Shown: piece after piece, positions 38,899-47,104 of the stretch | How the letters are laid out: every line of letters starts with the position of its first letter | Position numbering within the stretch: the first letter of the stretch is position 1 | IMG/VR virus record: IMGVR_UViG_3300034071_001887 | Location: 1-54,654 of that record | Reading direction: 5' to 3' (one strand) | Source: a virus | Lineage: Duplodnaviria; Caudoviricetes | DNA length: 54,654 bases | Position numbers and translations under genes: made by a program | The notes under the pieces: model-generated | What the model saw: only the letters and a program-made list of their open reading frames with translations | The model's database searches: none | What the model was told of the DNA's origin: nothing

Positions 38899-39528
38899 AT
38901 GGCGTACATCAATAACGAAACTATCACTGTAGATGCGGTTCTCACGAAGAAGGGTAGAGAACTACTTGCGGCCAAAGGTGGCCTGAATATTAATTCGTAT
39001 GCTTTAGCCGACGATGAAATTGATTATAGCCTATATCAACCAAATCACCCACAAGGTTCTGCATATTATGATTTGGCTATCCGCAATACGCCTGTATTTG
39101 AAGCATTCACCGATGAAACTCAGGTATTGAAATATAAACTGGTGACATTACCATCCGGCCAGACATCCATACCCGTTATTAGTCTCGGTCAAAGTTCTAT
39201 ATATGTGGATAAGGACTATAAGGGAGAAGTAGTTATTGTTCCGAGCACTAATCCAGTGTATAATACAACGCTCGGATATACTGCTATTTTGGCGAACAAA
39301 GATGTCGGAACGGTCGTTGGAGAACAATTACAATCTGCGACAACTGCCACCATTCCAACATTTATCGGAGACGTTTCTTCGACGACAGCACAAATTGCAC
39401 TCGGTATTAGATTTAGATTTGTCCCAAATTCTTCATTGACTACAACGGCTACAACAACATTGACTGTGATTGGAAATGAGAGTGGTGGATCGGTATCTAT
39501 ACCGGTTACTGTAACCGTGAGAGATTAA
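38899..39528 (+). CDS. virion structural protein (baseplate-associated)
   Basis: VDAVLTKKGRELLA..YALADDEIDY motif; position in structural operon. Confidence 0.75.
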   Translation: MAYINNETITVDAVLTKKGRELLAAKGGLNINSYALADDEIDYSLYQPNHPQGSAYYDLAIRNTPVFEAFTDETQVLKYKLVTLPSGQTSIPVISLGQSSIYVDKDYKGEVVIVPSTNPVYNTTLGYTAILANKDVGTVVGEQLQSATTATIPTFIGDVSSTTAQIALGIRFRFVPNSSLTTTATTTLTVIGNESGGSVSIPVTVTVRD

Positions 39529-39540
39529 TAATTTAAACAT

Positions 39541-40635
39541 ATGATTTTCAAGCAATTTGACGCAACCGATATAGTAGCAGGAAGATCCCAGCCAGTATCT
39601 ACCGGCGTTTGGAGCGATGGAGAAACTTCGTGGTCTCAATTTTACACGAGCAGTGCTCAAACTGTAGTGTCTTCTTCGGCATTTGAACCACTTAACGGAC
39701 TGTATTATACGAATGTGTATGACTACCCAATCGCGTCTGCCAGTGCTGAAATTTATTTTTCTTTGACTTATGGTCATTATGCTGGGTCCGGTTCTTCTAC
39801 GTTTGACACTAACATTTCTCAGGGCAGTTTGATTTATCCAACCAAAGCGATATACAACCAATATAGAAATTTATTACTGGCACCGGGAGATTCAAAATTC
39901 TCATTTATTCAATCCGATGCACTTGGTAATCAAACTTCGGTAGATTCGAACGACATATATGCGATGGCGTTCAGGAGTACGAAGTACAAAGACAGAATAG
40001 ATCCCGGCCAATTTGAAATGACTCTAAGTGGATCTTTGGGAACAATCACTATAATCGATGATTCAAAAGATAATCCAGATACAGCAACTCAAACCGGTGG
40101 CAAGAGATACAATCTTATTAGAGGAACCATCGCAAATGGAGCAATTCAAACTAGAAATTACGAGGCAATAGGGTCTATGTATCCGGACCTTGGAATAATA
40201 GTATTAAATCCTACTTCTCTTAAAAATTTAATTGGTCCTGTAGATGGATATTCGCTGAACGACCCTGTAAACGGATGGGGAGGTCAGTTTTCAAGATTGC
40301 AAAACGTGCTATTTACTTCTATCAAAAAAGGTGCGATCATTTCTTCGATGAAAGCCAGAGTGACGGAGTATGTACCTGCTCGTCATTATTTTGTTCGCGT
40401 CAAGAATCAGGAATACAACTACAGCAATAATCCTACATTTATTATATCCGATTCTACAAGTGCAGATTATGGCAAACTAAGATTCAGTGATTTCTATACA
40501 GATCCAAAAGTGTATATCACCACCGTGGGACTATATAACGAAACAAATGATCTTGTTGCCGTAGCAAAGTTGAGTCAGCCATTGCTAAAAGACTTTACTA
40601 ACGAGTGCCTTATAAAAATCAAGATAGATATATAA
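39541..40635 (+). CDS. virion structural protein (baseplate/fibre attachment)
   Basis: EYNYSNNPTF..YITTVGLYN..LVAVAKLSQP C-terminal module, shared with the next gene. Confidence 0.75.
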   Translation: MIFKQFDATDIVAGRSQPVSTGVWSDGETSWSQFYTSSAQTVVSSSAFEPLNGLYYTNVYDYPIASASAEIYFSLTYGHYAGSGSSTFDTNISQGSLIYPTKAIYNQYRNLLLAPGDSKFSFIQSDALGNQTSVDSNDIYAMAFRSTKYKDRIDPGQFEMTLSGSLGTITIIDDSKDNPDTATQTGGKRYNLIRGTIANGAIQTRNYEAIGSMYPDLGIIVLNPTSLKNLIGPVDGYSLNDPVNGWGGQFSRLQNVLFTSIKKGAIISSMKARVTEYVPARHYFVRVKNQEYNYSNNPTFIISDSTSADYGKLRFSDFYTDPKVYITTVGLYNETNDLVAVAKLSQPLLKDFTNECLIKIKIDI

Positions 40636-40677
40636 TCTGAAGGAGGAATATCTCCCAGATATTATATTTATCATTAT

Positions 40678-43600
40678 ATGCTAAAGCAGTTCTCCGCAGG
40701 GGATATAACAATAAGGCCGTTCAATACGTTCAAGAACTGGAAAGTTCAAAGCGTTGATTCGTCTTCTGTTGATGCATATGGATATAGCACATATTACGAT
40801 CAATTTTGCGAGATAAACGAAGGCAAGAAAATATCATCGATTTTTTATCCAACTGGCAGTCCATATTATTCCGCGTCGTTGGAGCCAATCAATCCTTCTG
40901 GAAAATACGCAAGAAACATATATAGTCTCACCGACGCTATGTTTTATAGAAGCAAGAATAACTTCACGGAGTTGTTTGGCGTAGAAAGCTATAAAACCGA
41001 GAAGGCTACCGGAAAAAGAGAAATAAGAAATATAAATGATAGAGTTGTGTCGTTGGCACTAAATCATAACGCATTTGGTGACAAGGTAAGACCAAATTCA
41101 GTTGTAATTACAGACAACTCAAATCCACACGAAGAATACAGGATATTGGACGACGGATATACAAATTTGTATGTCAGCGGTTCTCATTTTTCTACATATA
41201 CAACTTTGGGTGGAGTAAAAAATGTATATGCTAGACCATACTGGGATACTTCAAGTTATTTTGAATATTATTTGAATTTGGGAGATGGTATTACTAGAAG
41301 TATAGATTTAATTTCGGCAAAAGAATATGCCACAATTGGAATGAATGTTTCGTTTGTTGGAACGGCATCAATTTTATTTGAAAGTAGTTCGGTTGTTGAC
41401 AATTTCCAATCGGAAAATGAACATTTTGGAGAATCGGTTAGTTCGTGGTACAAATACGTGGCAGTCGGGTCTTCCATTGACAAATATAGTTTATATAGAC
41501 CCGCATTTGGATATGCGGCAATATTCAAATACGACGATGGTATGGGTGTCCATAGATTAGTTAAAAAATTTAATTGTCCGTTCACCGCGTCTGGGTTTTT
41601 TACGGATTTTGACGTAGATGATACATTTCCATATTCTACGTCTTCTGTTTTGGAAAGTTCATCATATTATTCCGATACTTTCGGGCAATCTGTGTGTGTG
41701 CGTGACAATTTTTTGGTAGTAGGTTCTTCTTCCGGTTCAATATGCTCTTCTAGTTCTTTCTTTCCTGGATATGTATTCGTTTATCAGCAAGATAAAGGTG
41801 GTATAGACAATTGGGGAATGATCAACATACTGCAAGGTGCAACGGATAATGATCACTTTGGACATTCTGTCGCCGTGGATGGAGATATTTTGGCGGTAGG
41901 TGCACCAAATGTCAGTGGATCTGGAGCGGTTTATATTTTCAGAAAAAAAACGTATTTTAGTAATGGCTGTGATAATATAGAAACCAGTTCTTTTTGGCAA
42001 ACTGTGGACGTGAGTCAGAGTTTTTGTGAACAAATACTTTCTCAGTCTAGCTCGTTTTCCGTGTACAACAATCGGTCAGCCGCGTCCGGAGCATTGTCCG
42101 GTAGTTATACTTGGGTATATGAAGCAGTTGTTACGTCTAGTATATTAGCTTCCGGTGATAGATTTGGTTGGTGCGTTTCTTTGGATTCTGGAAGTTTAGT
42201 CGCGGGAACATACAAAAGTGGAAATGGCTATGCCGCAGTATTTACTTGTTCATACTATTCCGCTTCATATGGAGAATGTCCCACAGCTTCTTGGAGCGAA
42301 TATAAGATACTTAGAAGAGATAATACATACGGAGACTTGGACATGTCTCTTGCGCTATACAACAACGATGTTACTTCTACCGAAATAACAACGGATGGAT
42401 TCGGAACATCAGTTGCAATAAGCTATCCCACGATTGTTGTCGGGTGTTTGAGTGACAAAGCATTTATCCCATATTCCACATATTCTGGGGATCCGTCTAT
42501 TCTCGGCGCAGCATATTTTTACAGATACATGCCTCAATGTGGAACTTCTAGTTACTGGAAAACTCTGAAAACGTTCGGTGACAGGCAATATACAAAAAAT
42601 AATAATTTTGGAAAATCTGTGTCTGTTGATGGAAATTTTGCTGCGGTAACATCTTGGTCCGACACAACCGGTACAAGCGTCGATTATGTTGATGGACAAT
42701 ATGTATTACAAAATTATTCATACGCTTCAACTTCGTCCGAAGATACGTCCGGAGTATTGGGTAGAGTAACTGTATATAATTATGACGATGCGTCGGATGC
42801 TTGGAAACTGACAGGCATGATAAAGCGAAACAAAGAAGCATACAAACCAAGTAATATTTATGGATATTCTGTCTGCGTTTGTTCTGACTTTTTGACGGTT
42901 GGTGCACCTGTTGTACACCTTGCCACAGCCTCGGCCACAGAGTCTATTTCTGACCCAAATAACTTACTGGGGTTTCCATCAAATTGTTCCGGTTCAGTTT
43001 ATGTTTATAATCTTAGCAATTACCAGACCAGCCCATTAATCGGAAATGTATTTTATAAGAATGGATATTTTGTATTAACAAATACATCGTCCAATTATTA
43101 CAATATATTCACTGGTACAGGTTCTCGTGGATTTGATTTAAACTATCAAGGTTCTCATACAATATACGAGCACGAACATCTAATTTCTATTAGACCAGGA
43201 GAATTTAATTATAGTATTAATCCTACTGCACTTGTGCAAAGCTCATTGTTGTTTGACGTAAATCAAGATGGAGTTTTTGATTTTCTTGATGTCGATTTGA
43301 TAATGCGGTATTTGCAAAAGAGAAAATTCTTTGAAGAATTCGTGTTTGACGATAATGGAATTATATTGGAACAAGATAGTCTCAAAGATTATAGTTGGTG
43401 GAATAACGATGTATTACAACTCGAGTCCGAGGATGTGCTGTTACTTGAAAGCAATGAAGCGGCATATTTGGCAAGCTCATCATTTAACGCATTTACTAAG
43501 ACGGCGTTTGATTATATAGAAAATACTTTAGTAAACACAGGCATTCTTGATATTGATGGTGACGGAAAAATAAATTTAAATGATGGAAACATACTTTCAC

Positions 43601-43914
43601 TGTATTATCTTCAGCTTCTTACACCAGAAAAATTAGAATTACTAATTAGTGACGATTCTACGCGCAGATATGTAAAGGAAATAAAAGACTATTTGAACAT
43701 ATATTGCCGCAGTGATAATGCAAAAGTAAATCCATATTTCTTGGAATATCAATATAGTTCATCGTATGATCCGACCGGTTCATATTTGGCTCCTTTTATA
43801 ACAACTATTGGACTGTATGATGGGAACGAACTGGTGGCGGTTGGTAAATTGGGAAGACCTGTAAAAAATCTAATTGATTGGCCGGTCAATATTGTCGTTC
43901 GTTTTGATACATAA
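40678..43914 (+). CDS. virion protein with FG-GAP beta-propeller repeats and dockerin/EF-hand-like pair
   Basis: Repeated FG.SV..DG..LAVGAP..GAVYIF units; DVNQDGVFDFLD and DIDGDGKINLND; C-terminal FITTIGLY..LVAVGKLGRP. Confidence 0.85.
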   Translation: MLKQFSAGDITIRPFNTFKNWKVQSVDSSSVDAYGYSTYYDQFCEINEGKKISSIFYPTGSPYYSASLEPINPSGKYARNIYSLTDAMFYRSKNNFTELFGVESYKTEKATGKREIRNINDRVVSLALNHNAFGDKVRPNSVVITDNSNPHEEYRILDDGYTNLYVSGSHFSTYTTLGGVKNVYARPYWDTSSYFEYYLNLGDGITRSIDLISAKEYATIGMNVSFVGTASILFESSSVVDNFQSENEHFGESVSSWYKYVAVGSSIDKYSLYRPAFGYAAIFKYDDGMGVHRLVKKFNCPFTASGFFTDFDVDDTFPYSTSSVLESSSYYSDTFGQSVCVRDNFLVVGSSSGSICSSSSFFPGYVFVYQQDKGGIDNWGMINILQGATDNDHFGHSVAVDGDILAVGAPNVSGSGAVYIFRKKTYFSNGCDNIETSSFWQTVDVSQSFCEQILSQSSSFSVYNNRSAASGALSGSYTWVYEAVVTSSILASGDRFGWCVSLDSGSLVAGTYKSGNGYAAVFTCSYYSASYGECPTASWSEYKILRRDNTYGDLDMSLALYNNDVTSTEITTDGFGTSVAISYPTIVVGCLSDKAFIPYSTYSGDPSILGAAYFYRYMPQCGTSSYWKTLKTFGDRQYTKNNNFGKSVSVDGNFAAVTSWSDTTGTSVDYVDGQYVLQNYSYASTSSEDTSGVLGRVTVYNYDDASDAWKLTGMIKRNKEAYKPSNIYGYSVCVCSDFLTVGAPVVHLATASATESISDPNNLLGFPSNCSGSVYVYNLSNYQTSPLIGNVFYKNGYFVLTNTSSNYYNIFTGTGSRGFDLNYQGSHTIYEHEHLISIRPGEFNYSINPTALVQSSLLFDVNQDGVFDFLDVDLIMRYLQKRKFFEEFVFDDNGIILEQDSLKDYSWWNNDVLQLESEDVLLLESNEAAYLASSSFNAFTKTAFDYIENTLVNTGILDIDGDGKINLNDGNILSLYYLQLLTPEKLELLISDDSTRRYVKEIKDYLNIYCRSDNAKVNPYFLEYQYSSSYDPTGSYLAPFITTIGLYDGNELVAVGKLGRPVKNLIDWPVNIVVRFDT

Positions 43915-43950
43915 CATTATATTTATAATAAATAATAGGAGAAAATACAC

Positions 43951-44238
43951 ATGGCACTACTAAATCCAATCACTAGAACATCGATCAATACGAACTTGGA
44001 AAGACGATATAATACCTCAACTAGACTTGGTGGAGACATAGGTACCGCGAAATTTGCAGGAACTAGTCGCGCTACCACAAACATGATTAATGGAACAGCC
44101 TGGTCGATGAGAGACAAGGGTAATGATATTCATAGCATAAATTTTAACACTGCTGCCCGAGTACCAGGCTTCACCGGTGCCGCGTTTGCTTATTCCAGAG
44201 ACGTGCTAAGGCACAGCAACGCCCAATATTACGGTTGA
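43951..44238 (+). CDS. small hypothetical protein
   Basis: AGGAG RBS and ATATTTATA upstream. Confidence 0.75.
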   Translation: MALLNPITRTSINTNLERRYNTSTRLGGDIGTAKFAGTSRATTNMINGTAWSMRDKGNDIHSINFNTAARVPGFTGAAFAYSRDVLRHSNAQYYG

Positions 44239-44256
44239 TTTATTGTAAATGGTTAT

Positions 44257-44748
44257 ATGAAAGTGTTGGGGCTTGATTTATCAACTACTACTTGTGGTTG
44301 GGCTATTACAGAAAATAAAGAGATACTATCTTGCGGCTATATTGATATATCAAACGCCGAGAAGTATAAAGATAAAGCAGACCTTATTATAAAAACTCTG
44401 GTTGGTCATAGTTTTGATAAGATAATGATTGAAGAAAGTTTGTTTGGGTTTGCTGGTGGAGGTACTTCACAGCAAGTCATTATTAAACTGGTCAAGAACA
44501 AGGCTGTAGTAGGTTATATACTTGAAAATCATTATGGTGTGAGTATAGATAGTATTCACGCACAAACTGCTCGTAAAAAGGCACTTGGGGCGGCGAGAAT
44601 CAAAGGAGTAAAACCCAAAGTGTTTGTTAAAGAAAGTATTGATAAGATGTATGATATGACTAAATGGACTGTTCTTAATAAAAAGGGAACTGAAGAGAAG
44701 CGGATGGAAGATGTTAGGGATGCTATTGTGCTCAGTTTGGCTGGTTGA
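44257..44748 (+). CDS. ruvC: RuvC-like Holliday junction resolvase
   Basis: VLGLDLSTTTCGWA, MIEE and EDVRDAI acidic catalytic motifs. Confidence 0.8.
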   Translation: MKVLGLDLSTTTCGWAITENKEILSCGYIDISNAEKYKDKADLIIKTLVGHSFDKIMIEESLFGFAGGGTSQQVIIKLVKNKAVVGYILENHYGVSIDSIHAQTARKKALGAARIKGVKPKVFVKESIDKMYDMTKWTVLNKKGTEEKRMEDVRDAIVLSLAG

Positions 44749-44800
44749 TTACCGTTTTAGTATTATACCTATTAACATAACCTTTTAACAATATATCATT

Positions 44801-45274
44801 ATGACAAGAAGCGAACTAAAGCAATTGATTAGAGAAGTAATTGAAGAAGCGAATGGAAAATATTGGGACGTAGATGAGCCACTTCGCGATTCGGGGTTTA
44901 ATATCATCGTTGGAGACGCAATTCCAAAAAAAGAGTGGTTTACGTCATACGTAAATCACATATATTACAACAAAGAAGAAGATTTTCTACGATTGGATGG
45001 TCATTACAAAACTATGGACGAACAGGGAAAAGGAAAGTTTGCAATTTTTGTTCGTGGTTTTATGAAAGGTGGAACGAGAATTGATGCCGAGACTCTTGGA
45101 GATACTAAAGGTCATTGGGGTGGAGACTTAAAAGATACAACTTCGGGAACAGCGAAACACAGCTTGTATCTAAGCGATAAGGCAAAACGGGTACTTAAGT
45201 ATATACGTGAAGTGATTAAAGCAGAAAAATACGACGAATTGGCATCTGGAATACACCAAGTTTCAAGTATGTAA
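44801..45274 (+). CDS. hypothetical protein with MTRSELKQLIRE leader
   Basis: Leader nearly identical to that of the 22543 gene; followed by terminator. Confidence 0.8.
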   Translation: MTRSELKQLIREVIEEANGKYWDVDEPLRDSGFNIIVGDAIPKKEWFTSYVNHIYYNKEEDFLRLDGHYKTMDEQGKGKFAIFVRGFMKGGTRIDAETLGDTKGHWGGDLKDTTSGTAKHSLYLSDKAKRVLKYIREVIKAEKYDELASGIHQVSSM

Positions 45275-45278
45275 AAAT

Positions 45279-45306
45279 AAAACCCGCCAAATACGGCGGG
45301 TTTTTT
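45279..45306. terminator. intrinsic terminator (possibly bidirectional)
   Basis: AAAACCCGCC-aaatac-GGCGGGTTTT with flanking A and T tracts. Confidence 0.85.
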
Positions 45307-45376
45307 ATTGTCAGAAATTTTTATATTTTTCAGTCGTTTATTATCAGTCATTTATATTTATAGTAAAGGTCATATT

Positions 45377-45538
45377 ATGGGAAGAAAAAAACTATACATA
45401 ACTGAAGATGAACAACGAGACGCAAAAAGCCAACGCAACAAGCGATACTACGATAAACACAAGCAGCGTATCAACAAAGACGCAATGCGAAGATACTATT
45501 CCAAAAAAGATAGTGGGGATTTACGGGTTGCGAAATAA
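45377..45538 (+). CDS. small basic ORF overlapping the GIY-YIG gene
   Basis: ATATTTATA plus AAAGG upstream; MGRKKLYITEDEQRDAKSQRNKRYY... Confidence 0.65.
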   Translation: MGRKKLYITEDEQRDAKSQRNKRYYDKHKQRINKDAMRRYYSKKDSGDLRVAK

Positions 45539-46118
45539 GACAACTGGTAAATGGTATGTTGGGCAGAGCATTGATATAGAGGATAGATGGAAATATTACA
45601 AAAGGTTAAAATGTAAAGGACAGCCAAAAATCTATAATTCATTGCTGAAATATGGGTATGATGGCTTTGATAAAATCATATTGGAAGAATGCTCTTCTTG
45701 CCCAAAAATGTTGGTGGAGCGAGAAATATTTTGGGTCCAGAAATATAACTCAATAATAGATGGGTACAATATTAGAAACCCAGACTTGCGGTCTAAATTC
45801 AGCGATGAAACGAGAGCAAAAATAACCGCATCTAAAACGGGTAAAAAATACAAGCCTCGTAGCGAAGAAGCGAGAAAAAATATGTCTGCCGTACTTCGTG
45901 GAGAAAAGCATCATTTTTATGGCAAGAAATTTTCCGAAGAACATCGTGCTAAATTAAAAAAAGCAAAACGGGTCATTTCGGAAGAAACTCGTAAAAAGAT
46001 GTCAATGGCCGCGAAAAATAGAACGCCCCCGAGTGAGGAGTCGCGGCGTAAAATGTCCGAAGCATCAAAGAACTATTGGGCAAATATGAGATTGACATCC
46101 GCCGCCAGTATCCCATAA
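45408..46118 (+). CDS. free-standing GIY-YIG homing endonuclease with NUMOD3-like repeats
   Basis: VGIYGL..WYVGQS..R..Y, ERE..W, GYN; SEETRKKMS-type repeats; true start uncertain. Confidence 0.88.
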   Translation: MNNETQKANATSDTTINTSSVSTKTQCEDTIPKKIVGIYGLRNKTTGKWYVGQSIDIEDRWKYYKRLKCKGQPKIYNSLLKYGYDGFDKIILEECSSCPKMLVEREIFWVQKYNSIIDGYNIRNPDLRSKFSDETRAKITASKTGKKYKPRSEEARKNMSAVLRGEKHHFYGKKFSEEHRAKLKKAKRVISEETRKKMSMAAKNRTPPSEESRRKMSEASKNYWANMRLTSAASIP

Positions 46119-46119
46119 T
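46092..46119 (+). promoter_or_regulatory. sigma70-type promoter (TTGACA-16nt-CATAAT), probably leaderless
   Basis: ATG of primase begins 7 nt after the -10 box. Confidence 0.65.
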
Positions 46120-46125
46120 GAGAAG

Positions 46126-47100
46126 ATGGGATCTCTGAAGCAATCGGAATTACAATCATTACTCAACACCGTATTCAAACACGCGGGGCGTCTGCGTAAG
46201 GGAAATAATTTACAATTTTTTTGCCCGTTTTGCCACCATCATAAGACAAAGATGGAAGTGTGTCTGGATGATCCCCAAAAATGGAATTGCTGGGTATGTC
46301 ACGCCAAGGGTCGTGGATTATATTGGCTGTTTAAGCGAATGAACGTAACGTCTGATATATTGGACAAAGTGCGGGATAATGACCGATATACCGGGCACAA
46401 ATCAAATCTATCAGAGTTTGACAGCAAGATTTTATCACTCAAAGTTGGTGAAGTTGAAGTTGAAAAAACAGAATCACTTTCTCTTATGCCCGACTTCAAG
46501 AGTTTGGCAGAAAATGACGGCAGCAGAGAATATAAAGTCGCATTCAACTATGCCAAGAAACGCAAACTATCGTTGTGTGATATTGTAAAATATAACATTG
46601 GATATTGCTCAAAGGGTCCATTTGCCGACCGTCTTGTATTTCCGTCATACGACAAAGATAACAATCTGAACTTTTATAGTTGTCGCAGTTATTATGATGA
46701 CGGCTACAAATATAAGAACAGCGAGTTTAGCAAGAATATCATTGGGTTTGAGAATATGATAGACTTTGATTATCCAATATATCTATGTGAAGGTGCGCTC
46801 GATGCTATATCACTCAAGCGTAATGCCATACCGCTGTTTGGCAAAACAATGAGTAAAAAACTTCAAGCAGCAATAACTTCCAGCAAATGTCCTGAAGTCA
46901 ATATTGTGTTGGACGATGATGCGTTGAACAGTGCCATCAAGATTGCGAACTTTATACAAACTCTTGGAAAAACTGCCAAGCTTGTGCGTTTAGAAGGCAA
47001 AGATCCCAACGTGCTTGGATTTGAAAAAACTATAAACCAGATTAAACAAACGGATGTGCTTGACTTTGGGGCACTAACCTGTTTAAGATTAGGAAAATAA
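46126..47100 (+). CDS. DNA primase (Zn-binding + TOPRIM)
   Basis: CPFC..WNCWVC zinc domain; RLVFP; CEGALDA; LDDDA; KDPN. Confidence 0.9.
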   Translation: MGSLKQSELQSLLNTVFKHAGRLRKGNNLQFFCPFCHHHKTKMEVCLDDPQKWNCWVCHAKGRGLYWLFKRMNVTSDILDKVRDNDRYTGHKSNLSEFDSKILSLKVGEVEVEKTESLSLMPDFKSLAENDGSREYKVAFNYAKKRKLSLCDIVKYNIGYCSKGPFADRLVFPSYDKDNNLNFYSCRSYYDDGYKYKNSEFSKNIIGFENMIDFDYPIYLCEGALDAISLKRNAIPLFGKTMSKKLQAAITSSKCPEVNIVLDDDALNSAIKIANFIQTLGKTAKLVRLEGKDPNVLGFEKTINQIKQTDVLDFGALTCLRLGK

Positions 47101-47104
47101 TATT

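Noticed and set aside
45279-46125. Group I intron hosting the GIY-YIG gene
   Set aside because: Flanking genes are complete, a terminator precedes it and no room for intron core elements is visible; treated as free-standing
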